64,000 bases of DNA from an uncultured Gammaproteobacteria bacterium (GTDB taxonomy: Bacteria; Pseudomonadota; Gammaproteobacteria; PS1; Pseudothioglobaceae): positions 22,502 through 86,501 of the forward strand of contig CAJXHL010000001.1 in the NCBI GenBank assembly GCA_913054335.1, written 5' to 3'. Position 1 is the first letter of the stretch. Each line of letters starts with the position of its first letter. Positions 1 to 7,624 of the stretch are shown here, one piece after another. The position numbers and the translations under genes were made by a program. Under the pieces are notes generated by a model. That model was not told the origin of the DNA, did no database searches, and saw nothing but the letters and a program-made list of their open reading frames with translations.

Positions 1-275
1 TCCATTTAGCATACACCGTCACTGACCTTGACTTAGCTAGATCATTTTATGGTGATCTTCTGGGTTGTGTACTTGAATGGGGTGAGTTTCAAAAGTTGTC
101 TGAGAGGCTAAAATCAGCAAGCGTAACTTTTATAATTGAGCCGCATATTCGTTATGCTCGCCTGCTTGGTGAGCAGGCAACAATGTTCATCAAAGATCCT
201 TCAGCTAACGCTCTTGAGTTCAAAGCTTACAAAAACGCCAGTGAGATTTTTGCAAGCGATAATGTACTAGTTTAG
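1..275 (+). pseudogene. VOC/glyoxalase-family (extradiol dioxygenase-like) protein; 5' end cut by window edge, apparent in-frame internal deletion
   Basis: Manual translation from nt 3: HLAYTVTDLDLARSFYGDLLGC-VLEWGEFQKLSERLK...EQATMFIKDPSANALEFKAY, stop TAG 273-275. The first and last VOC motifs are joined without the middle ~50 aa expected for this family. Confidence 0.65.
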
Positions 276-283
276 GAGGGGGG

Positions 284-907
284 TTGGTGTTGTTAAGTGT
301 TGAAACTGTTTTGACTTTTATTGGTGCATCTGTTGTTTTGTGCTTTGTTCCTGGGCCGGATAATATTTTTGTATTAACCCAATCTGCAATCAGAGGTTGG
401 AAGGTTGGTATTCTTACAACCCTAGGTCTTTGTAGTGGCTTAATTGTGCATACATCTTTAGTTGCACTGGGTGTATCAGTTATATTTCAAACCAGTGAAT
501 TGGCATTCCAAGGTCTCAAAATTATTGGTGCATGCTATCTTGTTTATCTTGCTTACCGAGCAACACGAAGTACAAAGATAGACCTTAGGGATTCTGACGA
601 ACCAAATAAATCTTTCTATCTAACTGGCGTTGTGATGAATATCACCAACCCAAAAGTTGCTATTTTCTTTCTTGTTTTTCTGCCACAATTTGTAAATATT
701 GATAGCGGCAGTGTGTCCATCCAAATGTTTACACTAGGCTTTATTTTTATTCTTTGTGCGCTTTGTGTTTTTAGTCTTATCGCCTATTTGTCAAGCTTTT
801 TAAAGCCCCTTTTAAGCAAGTCACCAGCGCTTGTTAAAAGACTGAATATCTTTGCTGCATTTGTCTATGTTGCTTTGGCTCTTAATCTGCTATTTATCTC
901 TGTTTAA
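284..907 (+). CDS. LysE/RhtB-family translocator
   Basis: PGPDNIFVL N-terminal motif, NITNPKVAIFFL motif, hydrophobic, 207 aa. Confidence 0.9.
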   Translation: MVLLSVETVLTFIGASVVLCFVPGPDNIFVLTQSAIRGWKVGILTTLGLCSGLIVHTSLVALGVSVIFQTSELAFQGLKIIGACYLVYLAYRATRSTKIDLRDSDEPNKSFYLTGVVMNITNPKVAIFFLVFLPQFVNIDSGSVSIQMFTLGFIFILCALCVFSLIAYLSSFLKPLLSKSPALVKRLNIFAAFVYVALALNLLFISV

Positions 908-982
908 ATTAATATCTATTAACTGCAACAAAGGTATGATGCAAGAATCTTAACCGGACCAGAGAAACTTTGAGGGCAAAAA

Positions 983-1747
983 ATGACAGAGAGAATTATT
1001 TTTGAAAAACACGACAAAGTGGGCGTGGTTACACTTAATCGTGCTCGTATATTAAACGCAATAGACAAGCAAACCTTAGACGAGCTCACTGCTATTATTA
1101 ATCAGTGCGCCAAAGATGATGCTATTTATTCGCTTGTCATTACCGGCGACGGACGAGCATTCAGTGCTGGTGGAGATATCAAACACATGATGGCTGACAC
1201 AAGGCCTGAAATATTTCGCAAAACAGCCAACGCCTATCAAGTACTTGCTAGGGCTATGCAAGGTTGTGAAAAGCCAATTATCGCTGCGATTAATGGTTAT
1301 TGTTTGGGTGGTGGCCTAGAGTTGGCGCTATTATGCGATCTGCGTTTTGCAGCAAAATCCGCCAAATTAGGCTTGCCTGACGCCGAGCTTGGTTTTAGTC
1401 CGACAGGCGGCTTAACCTATATCCTCCCTCGACTGATTGGCCATGGTAGGGCGCTTCACTTAACCATGCTGCCCGACCCTATCGATGCCGTTGAATCTGA
1501 GCGAATTGGCTTGGTCACTGAAGTATTTGAGGATGAATCGCTATTGCAAGAGTCGATTAATTTAGCATCACGTATTGCTCAGTTTCCAGCGCACGGTCTG
1601 GCTTTTATTAAGAAGGGCTATTTAGCTGCGCTTGAGAGTGATTTTGAGCAGACATTAGAGCTAGAAGAAGATGTGGATGTCGCCTGTTTTACTCACCCAG
1701 AGACGCAAAAAGCAATGGCTGATTTTTTGCAATCAAGAAAAAAATAA
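983..1747 (+). CDS. Enoyl-CoA hydratase/isomerase (crotonase) family protein
   Basis: AFSAGGDI, PIIAAINGYCLGGGLELALLCDLR motifs. Confidence 0.92.
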   Translation: MTERIIFEKHDKVGVVTLNRARILNAIDKQTLDELTAIINQCAKDDAIYSLVITGDGRAFSAGGDIKHMMADTRPEIFRKTANAYQVLARAMQGCEKPIIAAINGYCLGGGLELALLCDLRFAAKSAKLGLPDAELGFSPTGGLTYILPRLIGHGRALHLTMLPDPIDAVESERIGLVTEVFEDESLLQESINLASRIAQFPAHGLAFIKKGYLAALESDFEQTLELEEDVDVACFTHPETQKAMADFLQSRKK

Positions 1748-1750
1748 AGA

Positions 1751-3118
1751 ATGTCGAATGAAGTAATAAGCGATAAGTCCTATTGGAATGAGGCACTTGA
1801 GACAATGTCTAATGAGGCATTGTTTGATCTGGAAAGTAAGCGCTTAAAAATGCAAATCTCTCGGCTTTTTCAAGTCAATGATTTTTATCGAGAAAAATGG
1901 TATCAAGCCGCGATCTTGCTTGACGATGTTCAAGATTTGGATGATTTGCACAAACTGCCTTTTACTGAAAAAACCGAATTGGCGGATGTGCAAAAATCTG
2001 GCGCACTCTTGGGTGCTAATCAATCTGTAGAGCTTTCAGAAATTGTGCGTATTGTAGGTACCGGTGGTACCACGGGTCAGCCGTTGCGCTTGGGTTTAAC
2101 ACAAAATGATTTAGATACATATAGTGAGATGGGTGCAAGAGCCTTGTGGGCAATGGGTTGTCGCCCCGATGATTTTGTTATTAACTGTTTTAATTATTCT
2201 TTGTATGCTGGCGGCACATTGGATCAAAGCTCATTTGAAAAACTGGGTGCAGCTATTCTGCCTTATGGCGTTGGAAATACCAATCGCCTATTGCAAGTGA
2301 TGGATTCAATCAAGCAAGATATTTGTTTGTATTCAACCCCATCATATGCGATTCAGTTGGCAGAAAGAGCACAAGAGATAGGAATTTCAGCCAAAGAACT
2401 CAATATAACAAAAGGGTTTTTTTCGGGTGAGGCAGGACTTCAAGTGCCTGATTATCGACAAAAAATTGAGTCGACTTGGAACATGAGTGCTGCTGATATA
2501 TATGGCGTCGCAGAAGTAGGTGCGCAAAGTGGTGAATGCGAGCATAGGGCGGGGCTGCATTTTTTTGGGCAAGGGCTTTTGGTTGCAGAATTAATCAACC
2601 CGGAAACGCTTGAAGTGGTTGCAAAAAATGATGGTGCTATTGGCGAACTGGTGTTTACAACCTTGATGTATGAGGCCTGCCCTTTGATTCGCTTTAGAAC
2701 GCACGATTTGGTTCAGGTTTATAACGAGCCTTGTGAATGCGGTAGAACGGGTTTTCGATTTAACACACTGGGGCGTAGCGACGATATGTTTGTCGTCAAA
2801 GGGGTGAATGTTTTTCCAGCATCTGTGCAAAAAGTATTGTTCTCACTTCAACCAAGTGTTACCGGAGAGTTCTATATTGTCCTGAATGCTATACCACCGA
2901 TTGACTATCCGCCTTTGGTTCGAGTGGAGGTTTCAAATGAGGTTGATGCTAATAGTCATACTGGTATTATCAATGTTATTAAAGTTGCCATTCGAGAGCA
3001 ATTAGGGTTTAGCACAGAAATTGAATTAGTAGAGCAAGGAAGTATTGCTTCGATGCATAAAACTCGCCGACTCTACCGAGCCTACGATGGAGATCGGCCA
3101 CCCCATGAAAATGACTAA
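1751..3118 (+). CDS. Phenylacetate-CoA ligase (PaaK-like) family AMP-forming ligase
   Basis: TGGTTGQP loop, DIYGVAEV, RFRTHDL, GRSDDMFVVKGVNVFP. Confidence 0.85.
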   Translation: MSNEVISDKSYWNEALETMSNEALFDLESKRLKMQISRLFQVNDFYREKWYQAAILLDDVQDLDDLHKLPFTEKTELADVQKSGALLGANQSVELSEIVRIVGTGGTTGQPLRLGLTQNDLDTYSEMGARALWAMGCRPDDFVINCFNYSLYAGGTLDQSSFEKLGAAILPYGVGNTNRLLQVMDSIKQDICLYSTPSYAIQLAERAQEIGISAKELNITKGFFSGEAGLQVPDYRQKIESTWNMSAADIYGVAEVGAQSGECEHRAGLHFFGQGLLVAELINPETLEVVAKNDGAIGELVFTTLMYEACPLIRFRTHDLVQVYNEPCECGRTGFRFNTLGRSDDMFVVKGVNVFPASVQKVLFSLQPSVTGEFYIVLNAIPPIDYPPLVRVEVSNEVDANSHTGIINVIKVAIREQLGFSTEIELVEQGSIASMHKTRRLYRAYDGDRPPHEND

Positions 3119-3477
3119 AGTTTTTTGTTTGTTATTAATATCCTTTTATGGGTCCATTCTGATGGCGGAAAGTGCAGAGCCAGTTCAAGATTTAGAAATG
3201 CAAGCGGAGGATTTTGAGTGCATTCAAAATTGGGATAAAATCAATAACTTTTTCATCACCAATAAACTGGGCCATTTAGAGGAAGCTTTGGCGGTGGCTA
3301 ATTCGGCTGAAGGTGGTGAGTATCCAGTGGGCACCATTATTCAACTGGTACCGATTGAGGCGATGGTTAAGCGCGTCAAGGGATGGGATCCACAGACCAA
3401 TGACTGGGAGTTTTTCTTTTTGGGTGTTGATGCTGAACCTTTCGTTTTTTCAAAATGACTCTAGATGTGAAGAGTAG
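3105..3477 (+). pseudogene. Secreted cytochrome P460-like protein, probably internally deleted and frameshifted
   Basis: Signal-like N-terminus MKMTKVFCLLL; YPVGTIIQLVP..MVKR..GWDP.TNDWEFF resembles P460-like proteins; no CxxCH; a family-like tail QNDSRCEE* lies in another frame (3451-3477). Family assignment is from memory. Confidence 0.45.
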
Positions 3478-3495
3478 CTCTTACTTAGGCGCTAG

Positions 3496-3930
3496 ATGGA
3501 AATGAGTGATAACTACAAAATAATAATTACCGATTATCTGGCTTACGCCAAAGACATTCGAAGCATCAGAACTAAGGTGTTTGTCGTTGAGCAATCTGTG
3601 CCTGCAGAACTTGAGCATGATGAACACGATGAGACGGCACTGCATGCTGTGGTTTTTGAAGAAGGCTCGGCTGTCGCCACCGGAAGAATGCTGGAAGATG
3701 GCCATATAGGTAGGATAGCAGTACTCAGAAGTAAGCGCGGCAAAGGTGTTGGTGGACTAGTCATGCAAGCATTTTTTCAGCAGGCTAAAGAAATGAAACT
3801 CAACCAAGTTTGGCTATCCTCTCAGTGTCATGCGCAGTCGTTTTATGGCAATTTAGGTTTTGTTTGTGTTGGTGAAAAATATCAAGAGGCGGGTATTGAT
3901 CATATCAAAATGACCAAGGCAATACAATAG
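3496..3930 (+). CDS. GNAT N-acetyltransferase (ElaA/YjcF-like)
   Basis: IRTKVFVVEQ, IGRIAVL...RGKGVG, EAGIDHIKM. Confidence 0.88.
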   Translation: MEMSDNYKIIITDYLAYAKDIRSIRTKVFVVEQSVPAELEHDEHDETALHAVVFEEGSAVATGRMLEDGHIGRIAVLRSKRGKGVGGLVMQAFFQQAKEMKLNQVWLSSQCHAQSFYGNLGFVCVGEKYQEAGIDHIKMTKAIQ

Positions 3931-4149
3931 TTGCTTTGTCAGAATTCTCCCAAGAGGCCTATCAGGCATAATCAAAACTATACTTAATTTATATTAGGTT
4001 TGATAATTACTCAATTCCAATGTGCTTGTTGAAATTCAAAAATTTGTATAATGGGAATCTTGAAGTAGGGATTTAAATGTCTGATGTTCATCGATTCTTT
4101 ATTCTCCCGCTGATGCCATTTTGTTAAATGATTTGAATAAAGGATTACT

Positions 4150-4998
4150 ATGAAGTTATTAAGAGTTGGCCCTGTGGGTAAAGAAAAACCGGCGTTATTA
4201 GATGAAAATGGTGTCATTCGTGACCTGAGTGGTGTGATTGAAGATGTTGCTGGCGAATCTCTACACCCCGATGCACTTTCAAAACTTGCGCAAATAGATG
4301 CTAGTCAATTGCCCGAAGTTCCAAACTCGGTGCGTATTGGTCCTTGCGTTGGCGCTGTTGGTAAAATTATTTGTATTGGGCTTAATTACACCGACCACGC
4401 AGAAGAAACAGGCTCTCGAGTGCCTTCCGAGCCAATCATTTTTGCCAAAGCAACCAGCGCCATTTGCGGTCCAAATGACGATGTTGTAATTCCAAGAGGA
4501 TCAATAAAAACCGACTGGGAGGTTGAGCTTGCAGTGATAATTGGAAAAACAGCCAAATACATAAGTGAAGAAGATGCGCTGGATTATGTGGCGGGTTATT
4601 GCGTTCTTAATGATGTCTCTGAGCGTGCTTTCCAATTGGAGCGAAAAGGTCAATGGAGCAAGGGAAAAAGTTGCGATACATTTGCCCCTATGGGGCCGTG
4701 GTTAGTAACCAAAGACGAGGTTGGCGATCCACAACAACTGGCCTTATGGCTTGAAGTTGATGGCCATCGTTACCAGGACGGAACAACAAAAAATATGGCT
4801 TATGGCGTAGCCTTTTTGGTGAGCTATTTAAGCCAATTCTGCAGTTTGCAGCCCGGTGACATTATCTCTACAGGAACGCCGGCAGGTGTTGGCATGGGTG
4901 TTAAGCCAGAACCTGTATTTTTACAAGCTGGCCAAATTGTACGACTGGGTGTGGATAAATTGGGCATACAAAGCCAAACAATGGTTGCAGACAGTTAA
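4150..4998 (+). CDS. Fumarylacetoacetate hydrolase family protein
   Basis: IICIGLNY.DH, DWEVEL, NDVSER, GKSCDTFAPMGP, ISTGTPAGVG. Confidence 0.93.
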   Translation: MKLLRVGPVGKEKPALLDENGVIRDLSGVIEDVAGESLHPDALSKLAQIDASQLPEVPNSVRIGPCVGAVGKIICIGLNYTDHAEETGSRVPSEPIIFAKATSAICGPNDDVVIPRGSIKTDWEVELAVIIGKTAKYISEEDALDYVAGYCVLNDVSERAFQLERKGQWSKGKSCDTFAPMGPWLVTKDEVGDPQQLALWLEVDGHRYQDGTTKNMAYGVAFLVSYLSQFCSLQPGDIISTGTPAGVGMGVKPEPVFLQAGQIVRLGVDKLGIQSQTMVADS

Positions 4999-5361
4999 TT
5001 CTATCGGTCTAGCAGTGGGGTATTAAGCAAAGCATATTCGTAGACAACAGGATTTAACTTTACCTTTTTTTTTGCAGTTGTTATTAAAAGTCTTTCATCT
5101 CTTTAAAATAGAATTGGAGAAATGCAATATGAAGGCAAGGCTTGCATCAAGGCACAAAAAATATCCCAAATTATTGAAATGAGCTTTTAAATTGCATTCG
5201 GCAAGCATTACTTACACCAAAAGACTCAAAAAATGCCATTCTCAAGCAAAAAACAGCCTGTTTTGATGATTTTTTGTTAAAAAACAATCTATTATGAGAG
5301 TTGTGGAAAAAATTTCTGAAACTTTGCAAATGAGAGTTTATTTGAATTTTTCGAGGGTTTT

Positions 5362-6747
5362 TTAGAAGTTTTTTGTAGAGATGTTGTTATTTCCAAGCCA
5401 CGTTCTAAATTTATCTTGAATTTCATTTAACATTTGTTGGCTGCTGGCTTCAAAACGCAACACCAAGCACGGTGTGGTGTTAGAAGAGCGAACCAAGCCC
5501 CAGCCCCAATGCTTTTCGTCTGCATAGTCCACCCGAACGCCGTCAATGGTGGTAATTTGTGCATCTGGAAAATCAGCAGTGTTAGCCAGCTTATCCATCG
5601 CCTCATATTGTTGTCCTTGCTTGTCAAAGTGAATATTAATCTCTGGGGTGTTAATGCTGTCGGGTAAATCCGCAAAAACTTCTGCACAAGTTTTGTCGGT
5701 TTTAGAGAGTATTTCTAACAATCTTGCGCCCGTATATAGAGCGTCATCAAAGCCGTACCAACGCTCTTTAAAGAATATATGGCCCGACATTTCACCACCA
5801 AGAGCGGCACCAGTTTCCTTTAGTTTTGCTTTAATAAAGCTGTGTCCTGTGCGCGACATAATAGGTACACCACCGTGCTCAGTAATGTCTTTGGGTAATA
5901 GTGAAGAGCATTTAACGTCAAAGACGATTTTGGCACCAGCGTTACGACTTAGAACATCTCTGGCATAGAGAATCATTTGCCTGTCTGCCCAAATGACATT
6001 GCCTTTATTATCAATAAGCCCAAGTCTATCACCATCGCCATCAAAGGCAAGACCCATGTCGGCGCCAGTTTCGAGCACCTCTTTGATAAGATCTTGTAAA
6101 TTTCCGAGTTTTGAGGGGTCGGGGTGGTGATTCGGAAATCGTCCATCGACCACGCAGAAAAGTTTAGTCACTTTAGCACCAAGCGCTTCGAACAGCTTTG
6201 GTGCAATATTGCCGGCCACGCCATTGCCACAATCGACAACAATGCTGAGTTTCTTATTGAGCTTGATGCCAGATGTGATGGTGTTGATGTAATCGTTGTC
6301 AATATTGACAGACATTGACGAGCCTGCACCCGATGCATAATCTTGGTTGATAATTCTGTTGTATAAATCCTGTATGCGATTTGATGAGAGTGTTTCGCCG
6401 GCAATCATGATTTTAAAGCCGTTGTATTCTGGTGGATTATGCGAACCGGTGATCATTACCCCAGAAGTAACCCCTTTGGTGTAGGTTGAAAAATACACCA
6501 GAGGCGTTGGTACCATACCCACGTCAATAACATGACAACCGCTCTCAATCAACCCAGCTTTCAGTTCATCCATTAGCATCATGCCGCTTAGACGCCCATC
6601 CCTGCCAACTACCACACCACGCTCACCTTTAGCAACAGACTCGCTTCCAATTGCGCGACCGATGGCTTTAACTACGCTTGGAGCCAGTTCGTCTTCGACA
6701 ATTCCTCGAATATCGTAAGCTTTGAAAATTAAGGGTGATATTTTCAT
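5362..6747 (-). CDS. algC: Phosphomannomutase/phosphoglucomutase
   Basis: FKAYDIRG, ITGSHNP phosphoserine loop, FDGDGDR metal loop, GEMSGH. Confidence 0.93.
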   Translation of the reverse strand: MKISPLIFKAYDIRGIVEDELAPSVVKAIGRAIGSESVAKGERGVVVGRDGRLSGMMLMDELKAGLIESGCHVIDVGMVPTPLVYFSTYTKGVTSGVMITGSHNPPEYNGFKIMIAGETLSSNRIQDLYNRIINQDYASGAGSSMSVNIDNDYINTITSGIKLNKKLSIVVDCGNGVAGNIAPKLFEALGAKVTKLFCVVDGRFPNHHPDPSKLGNLQDLIKEVLETGADMGLAFDGDGDRLGLIDNKGNVIWADRQMILYARDVLSRNAGAKIVFDVKCSSLLPKDITEHGGVPIMSRTGHSFIKAKLKETGAALGGEMSGHIFFKERWYGFDDALYTGARLLEILSKTDKTCAEVFADLPDSINTPEINIHFDKQGQQYEAMDKLANTADFPDAQITTIDGVRVDYADEKHWGWGLVRSSNTTPCLVLRFEASSQQMLNEIQDKFRTWLGNNNISTKNF

Positions 6748-6764
6748 GTTTGAGGCCTTAGCAT

Positions 6765-7190
6765 TTGATAAAATTAAAAAACAGATATTTTATCAAACTA
6801 ACGCTTATTGCAATGCAAGAAGACTTTGAGATTATTGAAATAAAGAACGATTTGATGGTGTTAAAAGCCCAACGACAAGAAGGGTGTAATACTTGCGCCT
6901 CGAAAGCCACATGCGGCACAGGTGTGTTATCGAGTTTTTTTGCTGGTTTTTCTGTGTTTAAGAAGCCTTTACAAAAAGGCGTCAAGGAAGGAGATGTTAT
7001 CACTCTGGAAATTTCTTCAAAAGAACTCTTCTTCCGCGCCTTTCAGCTCTATCTGATGCCCTTACTGGCGCTCTTTGTAGGTGCGATTCTGTCTAGCCAA
7101 TTATTTCCGGCTAATGATGTTATTCAGACGTTGATGGGTCTCGCTGCTTTTGCACTCAGTTTGGTCTTTTTAAAGGTTTACCTAAAGTGA
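6765..7190 (+). CDS. rseC: SoxR-reducing system RseC-family protein (ATG at 6813 is an alternative start)
   Basis: C..CASKATCGTG motif followed by YLMPL and two TM segments. Confidence 0.8.
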   Translation: MIKLKNRYFIKLTLIAMQEDFEIIEIKNDLMVLKAQRQEGCNTCASKATCGTGVLSSFFAGFSVFKKPLQKGVKEGDVITLEISSKELFFRAFQLYLMPLLALFVGAILSSQLFPANDVIQTLMGLAAFALSLVFLKVYLK

Positions 7191-7538
7191 GATCTTTGTG
7201 ACAGTTATTTTAGATTTGGTAGTGGGATTTTCATTGTTTTACAAGGCATATTTTTAGAGGCTCTACTTGTTGTAAGGCGATAAAATTTAACACAGGAAAA
7301 TATAGTGCAAAGCCTGCCCTTGGGTGAAAAATTCCCTATCCCGAAGGGCTGAGGTTAACAATGTTAAAGCTAAGCCAAACAACGCCTTGGCGTTTGTTTG
7401 TGCGAAACTTATACTTTAGTGTAAAAAGTGCAGAAAAATTCTCATCAATAGCTAGTGCTATTAATTTCAAATTTTTACACATTTTTTATTCATTTTTATC
7501 ATTCAGTAAATTCAAACAATAATTGTCACAAAGGTCTC
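7189..7538 (+). mobile_element. MITE-like repeat, copy 1 (long form, 350 bp)
   Basis: TIR GAGATCTTTGTGACAGTTATT / AATAATTGTCACAAAGGTCTC; perfect AAAGT direct repeat at 7184-7188 and 7539-7543; 159-bp core identical to copy 2. Confidence 0.85.
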
Positions 7539-7624
7539 AAAGTAAACACTGTGGTCATTTATTTGGCATAAAATACGCACCTTGCTACTTGAATTTTAAT
7601 CGTTGTTAGGTTGAACTGAATTAT

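Noticed and set aside
5000-5361. 360-bp AT-rich spacer with IS-end-like words (ACTTTGCAAA, AAAAACAGCCTGTTTT)
   Set aside because: No paired TIR, no transposase fragment and no alignment to the repeat family that I can support.
6752-6770. GAGGCCTTAGCATTTGATA resembling a collapsed left end of the repeat
   Set aside because: Needs two 7-bp gaps to align; only 8 contiguous matches, compatible with chance.
7316-7356. TPP riboswitch-like GGGCTGAG in the repeat core
   Set aside because: The downstream ACCTGA...GCGTAGGGA elements are absent, and none of the adjacent genes concern thiamine.
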